NCBI GenBank assembly: GCA_013239625.1
Contig: MU054323.1
Location: 2,294,001-2,358,000 of the forward strand
Origin: Lama guanicoe
Taxonomy: Eukaryota
Length of the DNA: 64,000 nucleotides
Direction of reading: 5' to 3'
Shown here: piece after piece, positions 34,195 to 47,229 of the stretch
Layout of the letters: each line of letters opens with the position of its first letter
How positions within the stretch are numbered: the first letter of the stretch is position 1
Translations under genes and position numbers: made by a program
The notes under the pieces: model-generated
Told to the model about the DNA's origin: nothing
What the model saw: the letters and a program-made list of their open reading frames with translations, nothing else
Database searches by the model: none

Positions 34195-37066
34195 TAGATT
34201 CTACATATACATGAGATCTTTCATATAAGATTTCCATTTCTGTGTCTGACATTTTTGTATCTAGCATAATACCCTCAAAGTCCATCTATGTTGTTGCAAA
34301 TGGCAGAATTTCCTTCTTTTTATGGCTGAATAATATTCCATTATACAAATGCCTTTATCCATTCACCTATCCATGGACTTTTAGGGTGTTTCCATGTTTT
34401 AGCTATTGGGGGTAATGCTGTAATCACCCTTTGAGTTATTTCATCTTCTTTGAATATATAACTAGAAGTGGGATTGCTAGATGATATGGTAGTTCTGTCT
34501 TTAATTCCTTTAAAGAAACTTCATACTGTGTGAGATGATATCTCATTATGATTTGAATTTCCTTGATTATTAGTCATATTGAGCACCTTTCCATGCACCT
34601 GTTGGCTATATGTATGTCTTCTTTGGAAAAATGCTCATTTTTAAATCTTTTTTTTCTCTTGTATGAATTTCTTACAAATTTTGCGTATCAACTCCTTATC
34701 AGATGTATGATTTGTAATTTTTTTCTCCCATTCCAGGTTACCTTTTCATTTTATTGATTGTTTATTTTGTTGTGCAGAAGCTCTTTATTTTGATCTAGTA
34801 CCACTTTTTTTTTATTTTTGCCTTTGTTGCTTTGTCTTTTAGTGTCATATCTGAATAATTGTTGCCAAGTCCAATGTCAAGGAACTTTTTCCCTGTGTTT
34901 TCTTCAAGGGGTTTTATGGTTTCAGGTCTTATATTTAAGTCTTTAATCCATTCTGAGTTAATTTTTATGACTGGTTTAAGATTGGGGTCAGTTTCATACT
35001 TCTGCACATGAATACCTATATTTCCCAACACCATTTATAAAGAGACTATCCTTTTCACTTTGAATATTCTTGGTTTCCTTGTTAAATATTAGTTGACCAT
35101 ATATGTGTTGGTTTATTTCAGGGCTTTCAATGCTGTTCCATTGGTCTGTGTGCCTGTTTTTATGCCAGTATTATACTATTTGGATTAATATAGCTATGTA
35201 TAATAGTTTGAAATCAAGAAGTATGATGCCTCCAGCTTTGTTCTTCTTCGTCAGGGTTGCTTTGGCTTTTCAAAGCCTTATAGCTTTATATGAAATTCAG
35301 GATTGTTTTTTCTATCTCTGTAAAAATTGCTATTGGAATTTTGATAGTGATGGCATTGAATCTACGTATAACTTTGGGTACTATGGGCACTTTAACAATA
35401 TGCATTCTTCCAATCCATGAACATAAAATATTTTTCCATTTATTTGTGTCTTCTTCAGTTTCTTTCATCAGTATCTTACTAGTTTCACTGTACAGATCTT
35501 TCACATCCTTGGTTAAATTTATCTCTAAATATTTTATTGTTTTAGATGCTATTGTTAATGGGATTGTTATCTTGATTTCCTGTTTGTATAGATCATTGCT
35601 GATGTGAAGAACTGATTTTTGTATGTTGATTTTGCATCTTGCAGCTTCACTAAATTTGTTAATTAGTTCTAATAGCTTTCTTGAGTTTCACTATTTTCTA
35701 CAAATCAGATATGTTATTTGCAAATGCAGATAATTTTACTTCTTCCTTTCAGATTTGTATGCCTTTTTTTTTCTTTTCTCTTCTTTCTGAATTACTCAGC
35801 CTAGAACTCCCAGTACTCTGTTCAACATGAGTGGTGAGAGTAGACACTCTTGTTTTCATCCAGATTTGGAAGAAAAGCTTTCAACCTTCCACCATTAAGT
35901 TGTAAGGTCTCCTCTATCATTTTTGATTTTATTTATTTGAGTTTTATCCCTTTCTGTCTTAGTCTAGCTGAAGTCTTGTCAATTTTGTGTTTATCTTTTC
36001 AAATAGCCAGCTCTTAGTTTTGTTGATCTTTTCTATTGATTTTCTGGTTCTTAGTTCTTTATTTCTGGCCTGATCTTTTGTCATTTCCTTTGCTCTGCTA
36101 AATTTAGGGCTAGTTCCTCTTTTTCTAATTCTTGAGATGAAAAATTAGGTTGCTTATCTTTTTTTTAATGTAGGTATTTATCACTATTAACTTCCTTCTT
36201 AGAACATTTTGCTGCATCTTGTAAGTTTTGATATATTGTTTCCATTTTCATTTGTCTCAAAACATTTTTTGATTTCCCTTTAAGTCATTGACTGTTCAGG
36301 AGCATGCGATTTAGTTTCCATATATTTATGAATTTTCCAGTTTTTCCCATATTTTTGATTTCTAGTTTCATATCATTTCAAAAAATGTTCTTGGTATGAT
36401 TTTAATCTTAAATTTTCTAAGACTTGTTTTGAGACTGAACGTATCATCTATCCTGAAGAATATGCCATTTACATTCAAGAATAATGTGTATTTTGTTGCT
36501 GTTGGATGGGATGTTCTGTGTTTGAATGTTAGGTTCATTTGGTCTAAAATATAATTCAGGTCCAACGGACCTTATTGATTTTCTTTCTGGATGATATATC
36601 CATTGTTGAAAGTGGGATATTGAATTCTCCTCCTATTATTGTATTTTGTTGTCTTTTTCTCCCTTCAGATCCACTAGTATTTACTTTATATATTTAGTTG
36701 TTCTGATATTCTATGCATATAAATTATTGCATTTTCTTGATGAATTGACACCTTTAACATTATATAATGGCCTTCTTTATCTCTTGTTACAGTTTTTGTC
36801 TTAAAGTCTATTTTGTCTGATATTAGTAAAGCTACCTTTGGCCTCTTTTGGTTTCTACTTGTGTAGAATATCTTTTTCTATCCCTTCATTTTGAGCCTAC
36901 ATTGTGTCCTTGAAGCTGAAGTGAACTTTGTAGGCAAACATACAGTTAAATCTTTATTTGTTTTGTTGTTTTTTATCCATTCAGTCACTCTATGCCTTTT
37001 GTTTGGAGAAATTAGTCCACTTATATTTAAAGTAACCATTGTTAGGTAAGGACTTACTAGTGCCAT
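34195..37066 (-). pseudogene. L1 ORF2 remnant (endonuclease, reverse transcriptase, C-terminal region); frameshifted and deleted
   Basis: ORF-track peptides MVTLNISGLISPNKRHRVTEWIK (endonuclease N-terminus), DLNYILDQMNL..RTSHPT, NKWKNILCSWIGRMHIVK..RFNAITIKIP and KINSEWIKDLNIRPETIKPLEEN match the L1 ORF2p consensus. Degenerate QECLLSPLMLN (~35815-35855) and FANNI (FADD equivalent, ~35710-35725) are also present. Confidence 0.93.
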
Positions 37067-37529
37067 CGTATTGTTTTCTGACTATTTTGTTCATTTCTTC
37101 CTCCCTTGATGTCTTCCTTTGTGAACTGATGATTTTTCTGGAGTGGAATGCTTTAATTCCTTTCTATTTACCTTTGTGTGTCTATTATAGATAGGTTTTT
37201 AATTATGGTTACATGAAACATCTTATCGATATAACAGTCTCTTTTAAGCTGAAAACAACTTAACTTTGATTGCATACCAAAACTCTACCCTTTTACTCCC
37301 TCCCCACATTATGTTTTTTAATTTATAATTTACATAATTTACAGCTTTTATGTTGTATATCCATTGACAAATTATTGTAGATATAGTTACTTTTAATATT
37401 TTTCCTTTAAACTTTAGAGTTAAATGATTAACACACCACCATATGATAGTATTAGAGTATTCTAAACTTGACTATTTACTTACCTTTACCAGTGTGTTTT
37501 ATACTTTCCTAGGTTTTCATGTTACTAAT

Positions 37530-38450
37530 TAGTGTCCTTTTATTTCAGCTTTAAGAACTCCTTTCAGCATTTCTTGTATGGTAGATCTAGTGGTGTTGAA
37601 CTCCCTCCACTTTTGTTAGGGAAAGTTTTTATCTATCCTTCATTATAATAATTCTGTCCAATAAAGTAATTTTGGTTAGCAATTTTTTTTTCTTCCTAGC
37701 TCTTGGAATATGTCATCCCACTGTCTCTTAGCCTACAAGATTTCTGCTGAGAAATCTGCTGATAGCCTTAAGGGGATTCCCCTGTATGTGAGGATTTTTT
37801 TTCCCCTTGATGCTTTTAAAATTATTTCTCTGTCTTTGATTATAGACAGTTTTGTAATAATATGTCTTTGAGAAGATCATTTGGGTTTGAAATTATGTAG
37901 GGATTTATAAGCTTCATAAAATTCCCAAATCTGAGAAATTCTCAGACATTATTCCTTTAATAAGTTTTATTCCCCTTTCTCCCTCTGTTCTCCTTCTGAG
38001 ACTCCAGTAATGCATAGACTATTAATCTTAATTATAAACCATAATTTTACATAGGCTTTCTTTATTTTGTCCTTTTTGTCATTCACATCTGACTAGATAA
38101 TTTCAAATGATCTGTCTTCTACTTCACAGATTCTTTCTTCTGTGTTATCCAGTCTGTTGTTGATGCACTCTGTTGAATTTTTCATTTCATTTATTGTATT
38201 CTTCAGCTTCAAAATTTGTTTGGTTCTTTTTTATGACTTCCACCTCTCTGTTAAACTTCTTATTTTGTCCATGCATTGTTTTTCTGATTTTATTGAATTC
38301 TCTTCATGTATTCTTGTAGATCATTGAGCTTCCTTAAAACAACTATTTTGAATTCCTTATTGGGCAAATTATAGATCTCCATTTCTTTGGGGTTACCAGA
38401 AAGTTATTGTTTCCTTTTTTGATGTCATGTCTCTTTGATTTTTCATGTTT
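37530..38450 (-). pseudogene. L1 ORF1 remnant
   Basis: The reverse complement of 37710-37790 encodes a LRLSADFSAEIL*AKRQWDDIF-like segment typical of ORF1p, and QEMLKGVL lies near 37550-37576. Confidence 0.8.
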
Positions 38451-39489
38451 CTTGAAGTCCTGAATTGCTATCTTCACGTGTGAAGAAGCATTCACCTCCT
38501 CCAGTCTTTACTGACTCACTTTGGAAGAGAAATACTTTACTTCAGCCTTGTTAGGAATTCTGAGGTTTTCTCAGATCTTTTCTGTGTATGCACCTGCTCC
38601 ACACTTCTTATTCCCTCAAGGGGGATTCTTAAGATTATATGCCTGCAAAGCACCGGGCTGGGTGCTGATATTCTTCCTTTTGTTTTTCCTAGGCCAGTAT
38701 TGAATGGTTAGCTTTGTTTGCTTTTTCTGCAAACCTGCAGAGTTGGGACATCTTCCTGTACATGCTCACTGTCATTTGCAGACTTATACTTACTATCCTC
38801 TGAAGCATAAACAGAGAGATGGCCATGTGTGGAGTGTGTGGGGGTGAAGCATGCATACCATTAGGGGTACACATGGGTCAGTCCCCACAGTCAAGGTGTC
38901 CCAGAAGCTCAAGGATGGACTTCATGATGAGGTATGCAAAGCAGTTAGTAGGATATGCATCCTTTTGATAATTTCCTTTCTGAGCCCTGACTTCTGTTCT
39001 CCCAGCTGTTCACTGTCCTGCAGTCTTATAGCTCACAATTCAGTATTCTGTAAGCAGGAAGAAAGAAATGGGTCTCCTATTTCCCAAAGCTGGGGAATAC
39101 AGGAGCTCAGTCACACACTCCACTTTCCCTAAGGGGAGAAATCATGGGCTGAGAAAGGTCTCTCTTGGCACTGAGCAGGGCCACTTTGGGGAACGGGTGA
39201 TGGGGACAAAGTGAAAATGTTCCTCTTATTATCTTCAGTGCATCCAATCTTAGAATTTTTTTTTCTCCAATACTGTGCTGAAACGTCTCTTCTGGATTCA
39301 TGGACTTCCACAAAGGTCGTCTTTTCTGTGGGTAATCATCAGAATCGTTTTTCTTCTGGGGATGATGGTAGAAAACTCTTATTTCTCCATGTTGATGATG
39401 TCATATCTGCATTAACTCATGAGGCTCTGCATTACATTAGGAGAGAAATCTGTGACCTTTAGGTGCCAGGTACTACTTCAAAATGAGAA

Positions 39490-39920
39490 TTACTAAATGA
39501 CTAAATATATAAATATAAAAATAAAACATAAAAGAAAATACAAGGGAAGATTTAGATGTTCTTTTAAGGAGAAGAACCTTTCTAAATAAAGGCAAAAAGA
39601 ATTAAGGAACTATCAAAAGATTTCAGTGTATAAAAAGTTTAATATTGAGATAAAATACTGTAAACAACTTTTTTAATTTACTGTTGGAAAAACTGCAAAA
39701 TATGGCCCTTTTTTAAAATTTCATAAATTAAACTATTATAAATCATAAGAAGAACATGAAAACTACAGTAAAAATGCACATGTAATATCCATAGATAGTT
39801 TATAAAAGAAGAAATACAAATAGATAAGAAATGTGAAAACTTCAGTCTTATTATATGAAATAAAGCATCAAATTAAACCAAAAATAAAATGTAATTGCCG
39901 TCTATCAAATTGGCAGTTGT
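39490..39920 (+). mobile_element. Old L1ME-like fragment
   Basis: Very A-rich, with aaagaagaaatacaaatag and tatcaaattggca resembling the ORF2 3' region. Confidence 0.55.
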
Positions 39921-41699
39921 TCTTAGTTTCCCTCCTCTTCTGTGTGTTTTTTTTTCCTACTTCTTTATCCCTACTCCCCTTGTGAAGCACTTTGTTCCTG
40001 TGTGATTTATTTCATTCCTTTTATCAACTGCCACCATCAAAGATTATTCCCTGGGAAGACTCTAATCTCAAAATAAGGAAATGTGATTCCTTTTTACATC
40101 TTGTGCTTCCTCTTACTCTCTTTTATTTTAGAACAATAAAAGATGCTTTTGTTTCAATCCCAGGTGAAAGGTGAAATTTTGGTGGACTTGGCTATTTTGC
40201 CAAAGACCCAAACACATTGTTATGTTAACATCCAATCTTTCCAGGGGCAGTTGGGCAATCAGGGCAGATTGGAATGACCTGGATCAGAGTCTTAAGAGGA
40301 GAGCCAGAGAGTGAGAAATCTAGGAGAGACAGGCTGTGGCAGTGGATTTGGAGAAGGTAGATGAGGAAGGGAAAAAAAAGAAGGAGAGGAGACAGTTGCA
40401 CCCCAGCATCCTAGCATAGAGGGCCTTTGGCAGAAAACAGAAACCTGGGGCCTGCAGGAACTCCCTCAGTAACTACTGTTTATGTTCCTAGTCTTCGTGG
40501 TGCCAAGTGCCAGATGGCATGTATCACGATTAAGAGCTTTGAGGAAGGTACTGGACCTATCTAAGAAGGGGGTTGGCATGCTGTTCCTGTCTTCTTTGGC
40601 TATTTAACGGGGTATGTCGAATCAGTACAAATTGAGTGGGCACTAATGGTCAAAACCACCTGATAATACCTTTTGTTCTAATTAAGTACGAAAAATCCCA
40701 GCATAAAGACCAGATTTAAGTGAAGTGCCTCAGAATGAGGGACATTGTAGTAGTTGTTGTTTTTACACATTACAAGTCATTTATTAATTATTCTTCTAAA
40801 TAAATATAATGCCCCATTGAGAACAGTTGTTGAACAGAATATGTGATAGCATCCTAATTAAATAACAAAATGCTTATTACTGATTTATAGCAGTCATAAA
40901 ATACTTTGTCATAAGTCTTGCTAATCCATCTGCCTTCCTATTTAAATAAACTGCCTGGATCTCAGTAGTGAAGTGTATTCCCTTCCTCACCCTCCACAGA
41001 AGAGCTGAATTTTAAGTTATAGGATAATAATTGCTCTTTGTAAAGAATTCTGGCAAATTCTCCCAGCAGAGTAGCCACACAGCAGAGACCTAGAGCACAC
41101 TTCTAGGGACAAGAATCTTGTGAATGTGTCTTTTTTCCCACGTGTAGTTGCCAAGTTTGCACTGAACAAGGACCAAGGCTTTTCTAGGAGTGGGTCTGGA
41201 CCATCTCTCCTTTCCTGATAGGACTTGTAGTTTTGACTGTGCTGGGTCAAGTGTGTAAAAGATTACTTATCAGAAAGGGCATCAAGAGAGCTCATTTTTC
41301 TTTGTTTCATTTTCCTTTTTGATAACCCAGTCTCTCGAGCTGGATGTATGGGGAGTGTGGTGGGGGCTTTGCTTTGGGTGTGGCAGTGGGAGAGAGTCAG
41401 ACTCTGAGCCTGGCCTTGGTACAAGCTTATTCTTTCTTCTCTGCCCAGAAAGCCCACTCTGCTTACTGCACCCTGCACACCTCCTGCTGATGCCTCTTAT
41501 CGGAAGATTGTTTTCCTCTCTCATTTTCATTTTTCTTCACCATAAGAATCATCGCTTTGCTCTGCCCTATGCTCTGTGTCCTTCATACCCTGCCTACCAT
41601 GTCTTTGCCTTGCTGTATAACATAATGGGCCCATTCCCCTGTTATCTCTGTCAAGTAGGAGCCACAGGATGCCGTGGAAGAGAATGATGCTTACAGCCA

Positions 41700-41860
41700 G
41701 ACCAACCAGCAGCCCCGCCTCATCACAGTTTTGATGTGAGACTTCGGGCAAATTACTTAAACTCTCTGTGTCCTAGTTTCTTTAATAAGAAATGAGAAAT
41801 AGAAGTATATACTTTGCAGTGAAAACTATGTAAAGACCTAGTGTAGTGTTTGGTACAGGT
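41700..41860 (+). mobile_element. MIR SINE
   Basis: tgtgagacttcgggcaaattacttaaactctctgtgtcctagtttct. Confidence 0.75.
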
Positions 41861-41979
41861 TGGGATTACATCTGTGCCATTTACATTATTTTAAGATCCT
41901 TGGGTAGTTGAAGATTGCTTTTAACTTATATGTTAGCAGCGTGGATACAGCTGTAACTCTGAAATATGGTGTGTCCAAA

Positions 41980-42180
41980 AACAAGTAATCTAGCTTTGCT
42001 GCTTTCCAATTATGTGATTGGAGGAAATTCCTTACTTCACTCAGTCTTAATTTTATCATCTAAAATTTAGCAAAATAGGAGTAAATATTCCACAGGGTTG
42101 TGTGAAGATTAAATGTGACAGTGTATTAAGGTAATTAACAAAGACCTTCCCCCAATAAATATTCAACAAATATTAAGAAC
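41980..42180 (+). mobile_element. MIR SINE
   Basis: gtcttaattttatcatctaaaa and cacagggttgtgtgaagattaaatgtga. Confidence 0.65.
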
Positions 42181-42929
42181 TGCTCTTCAGGAAATACAGT
42201 GAGATCAAGCCCGGAGTAGTTGTTTCTATAAATGGGATTGGCCGCCCTCCCCAGAGTTTACTATCTCCTAGGTAAGATGTCAGGGTTGGGGTGGGGGAGG
42301 TAGAGGTCTTCAGGGAGTCTCTGGGCCATGGCCCTCATGTACCAAAGTAGAAACTGAAGCTTAGGAGCTTTGGGGCCTGGGCCAGGCCACACAGGGAGCT
42401 AATGGCCAAGCCTACTGGAGCCCTGGCTGTTTCCACAGTTCCCCAGGGTCTGACCTCTCTGCCACCTCTCATTTCTGTGCCTTTTGACCTACAGGAGTGC
42501 ACAGCAAGGCCTCTGACAAATAAACAGTGGCCTAGAGATTAAACTGCACCTGAAGCTGGTTATGCAGGTTCACTTAACATTTGAACCAAGGGCGGAAACT
42601 CAGCTCTACCCGGACTGCAGAGGGATTAACCCATTCTCAGACTCAGCCTGTGAATTATTGCCCACTTAGGAAGTACAAAAAGGGAGGGAAGAACTAAATC
42701 TCATTAAAAGAAACACAAACCTGTATGCATTTTTGAAACAGGAGAAGAAAAAAAAAAGAAAGAAACAATCAGAAATAAATTAAATATATTTGGATGTGTG
42801 GAAAAACTTCCAGATAGACTTTCTTTCTCTCATACATCAGGGACTAGAAGAGAATGAATATGATGTAATACAGTGGAAAGTGTTACTTTCTGTGAGAAAT
42901 CTTGCCTTGGGGGCTGTCTTAGAATTCTG

Positions 42930-43355
42930 CCCACAGCCACCATTGTTTCAAACATCTTAATCCTTTCAGCCAAATTGGACTTCTTTCTGTGCCCTAGGCA
43001 AGATAACGTTACTTCTACCTCAGGGCCTTTGCACTTGCTATTCTTTCTGTTTGGATAAAGATTTTGCTTAGAAGTTGCATCCATAAAGAGGCCTTTCTGA
43101 CCATTGTAGTTAGAGAGTTCCCCTCTGCCTTTTTGTGGAAAGCCCCTCTTAGCTCTGTCTGCCACTTATTGCCACTTAAATATCACTCACTTACTTATTA
43201 GTTTATGTGTTTATTGTCTTTCAATGTGCCCTTCCCCCAATATAGGCTCCTTAAGAGAAGAGACTTGTTTTATTTCTTGTTTTATCCCCAAGGCCAGTAT
43301 CAGTCCTGTCAAGTAATTGGCATTTGAAAAGTTCTGACCAAGCACATGCATGAAT
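42930..43355 (+). mobile_element. L2 3' fragment
   Basis: cctcagggcctttgcacttgctattct, gaggcctttctgacca and ggctccttaagagaagagacttgttttatt. Confidence 0.8.
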
Positions 43356-44390
43356 TCATGTTTTGTGGAAAGCAAGAAGATAGAAGTGTAGAAATGAGTC
43401 ATGAGGGAGGAGGAGGATGCAGTGCTTAGCTAGAGCTAAAGTCCTCTAATAAATGGTTAAGGCTTTGAACACAATCCTAAGATCAGTGGGACTCTCTTGG
43501 AAGGATAATGAAGGTGTTGGAGAATGTAAGTTCATGGGAGAGTTCCAGCTCCAGGTGATCCTGTAACAAAACCCCTCCCCACATGTTTAGGGAACATTGA
43601 TCTTTGAGCACAACACTTAAGAGCCAGCTGACCTGACATACCTCCCACTACCCTCTCTGCTCTGATTCCCCTTCCCTTGGAGTTATGGGAAAAAACCTGC
43701 CTCCCTTCTTTATCTTGTCCAAAGGAACGATAAGTAAAAATGTAATCTTAAGTATGTAGACGCTGGCTCAAAGAAGAAACCTGTACTCACAATAACAATC
43801 ATTCAATGTTATTTTCCAGACACCTTTACAGAACCAGCAAAGCAAGTATGCAGCTATTAGAATCACCTTCTTTGCTATCAAGTCTCAGGATGTACCTCCC
43901 TCCAAACCTTGAGCTAGACCAACCCAGTGGATGTGAATGTAAATTTTCAAATCTGCAGTCCATTAATCCCTTCCTTTGGTACAATATTATTTTAAAAAAT
44001 CCCTGGGGGTTTGTTGTGAAGAAAAAGAATGCCCCATGTGACACATAATGAGTACATGTGTGTAATAAACTTTGGGGTTTAACCTCCCTTGGAGATTGCA
44101 TTTCTTGCTATATCAGCTGTTTTAACACATTTTCTTCTTAGTTATTTGGATTTTAATTGTATTTATGTCTAGACATTAGCATATGATATTAGGTTCCAAA
44201 TTTTACATAAAACTTTTTTGTGCCATTTATTGTGAGATGCTGTTTTTTCCTCATTTCCTGTTAACTTTCCCTGTAATCGTATGGAACTTTTATTGATGGA
44301 GGGGATGTATTAAGGTACTTTTAGCATTCTGAGCCTAGGAGACCCTTACTTAGGCAATATCATACTCTGGCAGATGGCATGGTTTTTTAT

Positions 44391-44435
44391 GTATAGATAT
44401 ATATATATACAGATATAGATATATAGATATGTGTG

Positions 44436-44473
<38 letters not shown>
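44391..44473. repeat. Compound (TA)n microsatellite
   Basis: TAGA/TA-rich run, with pure (TA)n at 44441-44473. Confidence 0.97.
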
Positions 44474-44475
<2 letters not shown>

Positions 44476-46234
44476 ATTATGCCTTTTATTTACGTTCAAT
44501 AGATGAATAACCTCAGCTGTAAATATTTTCATTCATAGAATTACTCCTGTGATACAGCAGACATGTGATCTTGTGGTGAAATCTGAGCTGACTGAGCCCA
44601 GATCAAAGTAAATGAAAGTGGTACCTGTTAGGAGTTTTAATGGTCAACCAGAAATTTCCTCTCTAGTTACTTCCTAGTAAACTGAGATTTTGCTGATGTG
44701 AAATGACAGGAATTACAGAGTTTGGCCTGACTTACCCGATTTTGCTAAGAGAACCTAAGTCCCCTGGGCTTGAGACCAAAGTTCGTAGTTAATTTTTTGC
44801 CCACGCCCGTGGGAGTCACACAAGTTGTCATAAAACTGGCTACTGGCATCCTTACCCTTTGAGGATATTTGTTTCACTAGAAAGACCGAGGAAGAAGCTA
44901 CTATTACAACTTTGTTGATCTCCCTTCAGAGGAGGGAAAATTGAGCCTTGGGGTGAAAAGGAGAAGGTTCCGAAAGCATATCTGATGTGTCTGTGATAAT
45001 TATGTTTACATGGGTAAGAGGTGTCAGAGCGGCATTACTCATGAGGCTGATTTGAACAAAAGGTTGCAAATCACTTTCAAGATTTTTTTTGGACTTCCCC
45101 ATATTTTTGGAGGTTGGAGTCAGGATTACTGGCTTTGGTAATTAATCCTTCTCAGCCTGCATTCTTTGCTACTGAGCATAGCAGTGATTCAGGGGCCCAA
45201 CCTGCTAAATCAAGATAATGCTTGACCTCTGGGAGCAGAAGCCTGTTCCTCACTTAGCCAGAGAAACTAAACCCGGGCACACAACTGGTAACATCAAGAC
45301 AGTTCCTATTTGAAGAGCTGTAGAGGGAGCTTAGAATATCCATTTGTGGCATGTTGAAGGTATTTTAAGAATACGATATAAAAAATTATAAATTCAAAGG
45401 ACAAAGTTAGTTGGGGTCCATGTGTGAGCACAAACATGGAGGCCCTTAAAGAGCTGTGATATTTTCAAGGGATCTGTTAATTTCAAAAAAGTTTATCACA
45501 GCTGATCTGTCACGGCTGTTCTGTTTGCCCGCTGATTTGCCTCGTGTTAGTTTCACAACAGCATTGTATTACTGTCACAGCTATGCATACAAGAACTCAA
45601 TTGTTTGGTTCGACTAGAGCCAAGATGTTTGAAATCATCTTGTCCAAAAGACCATCATTATCTTTGTGCTGCTTTGCAACTGGTTATAATGCCTTTAGAC
45701 AATTCCTCTGACTCCAGCGAGATTGTGTAGATAAAATGATCACTTTGCTTTTCGTCAAGAAAGGGAAACGGGATCACTTTTTCACTATAAAACCAATGAA
45801 GTTTTATAAGAAACTAACACCAGAGTGGCGCCTTTGGGAAGAATTACGACAATAGGGCCGAACTCTCTAGCTTGGGCTCAGCACTTGGCACAGAATAGGT
45901 GCTTTAAAAAACATCTGAATGAGTCAACAAAATTAAATGGTGACTTTTCTGTTCTTCTAAAAATAATTTTACTAGTCACACAAACAGTTTAAGCTCAAGA
46001 TTTTTGAGACTAGAGAGAAGAAACATTTTGATCAAGTGTGCTATTGTATTTTTCCGGCTCCACAAGCAAATATTAAAGCCTTAATATTTCTTTGAGTTTA
46101 AAGATCAGTCTGAAATGCGATGAGCCAAGAATAGGAAAAACATCTCCTATTTTGAAAAACAAATGACACAGATATTTTCTCTGTTCACTGCCACCCATGG
46201 CTGGCCTCACCGGGCAATCTGAACTTGCTTTTAC

Positions 46235-46410
46235 TGTGGCCCTTATCACTGTCCTATAATTGTGGGATTCCTCTGTCTGTTGCAGTAGATTGCACACTCC
46301 TTGAGAGCAAGATTTAAATGTATCACCTGACTTTCTTTTCGTAGGGACCACTTAGTGCCTGGAACACATTAGGAGCTCAAAAACAGAGGACTGAATCAAC
46401 GATTAAATGG
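46235..46410 (+). mobile_element. L2 3' end
   Basis: tagattgcacactccttgagagcaaga and tagtgcctggaacacattaggagctcaa. Confidence 0.7.
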
Positions 46411-47229
46411 TAGAATTCTGAAAGCTTTTTTGAAGCTACGCATCCCTTTAGCTCTTATTTGTGTGTGAAGTGTGTATGTGTGTGCATATGTCTCATCCAA
46501 GATGTCACTGGCCTCATCTAGTCCTGTTTTTTCCTTATTATGTTTGGTCTAAATTTAATTTTACACTCACACCCACCAGACACATGCCCATCACAGCAGC
46601 TACACACACTGTTATTCCCTCTCATTTTTAGACTTTAAAGACAGAAAGAACAATCTCCATATTTCTTTCACTCCCAGTAGCCAGACCTTTCTGTTGTCAG
46701 ACACCTGAACCCTCTGTCAGGGAAGCTGTAAGCCATCCTCAGATGTTTTGTTTTTTATGATTCAGTTTGAACAGCAGTTGTAAATGTGGAAAGACATTGG
46801 CCCGTATCCTCAAATTTTCTGCTCAGACATCCTTTGCATGGCAGCCTCATCTTAGGGCAACTCTCAGAAGCCTCACTTCTGTACCCTGAAGTTCGTAGAG
46901 ACTCAGAGAAAGTAGGTGAAACTCATGAATCAAAACCAAAGCACAGTTTTCCTTTAGATCAACTTCATGGTCTTTGTTCGGTTTAACATCAGAAGCCCTA
47001 GATTCAGAGGGAACGACATGTGAGATGAGGGTACTTCCCTCCATGCCACAGCACAACGTGAACTTTAGAGGAAGGATTTGCAAGTTGTTTAAGGTCTGAA
47101 ATATGTGTTCCCTGCTTTTCGAGTACACGTGTTTGAGGCTGAGAATCTTATCAGCAGATAAGAGCGGAGAGGCTGCCATCCCACATTCCATGAACTCACT
47201 TCCAGATGGTTTGGAGACTAAGGGGTGAA

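Larger units (their letters stand above)
33783..39406 (-). mobile_element. Near-full-length, decayed LINE-1 (L1MA9/L1M2-like) with internal deletions
   Basis: T-tract and L1MA-type 3'UTR at ~33783-34195, ORF2 and ORF1 remnants, and a 5' end resembling the L1M start (plus strand ctccatgttgatgatgtca). Flanked by the direct repeat ctacattaact (33772-33782) / ctgcattaact (39407-39417). Confidence 0.93.

Noticed and set aside
35103..35607. Hydrophobic plus-strand ORFs (105 aa each) and similar ORFs at 23158-23406 and 38142-38327
   Set aside because: Antisense translations of L1 sequence, not genes.
42190..42271. Plus-strand acceptor/donor pair (cttcag|...tag|gtaaga)
   Set aside because: The longest frame gives an unrecognised peptide, and the acceptor abuts a MIR tail.
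44857..44923. Possible minus-strand small exon ending at AAG|GTAAGG
   Set aside because: Ambiguous acceptor and unrecognised peptide. Such pseudo-exons are expected by chance; RNA-seq would be needed.
45488..45512. Resemblance to the miR-101 5p arm (agtttatcacagctgatctgtc)
   Set aside because: Needs several gaps, and the mature TACAGTACTGTGATAAC arm is absent downstream.
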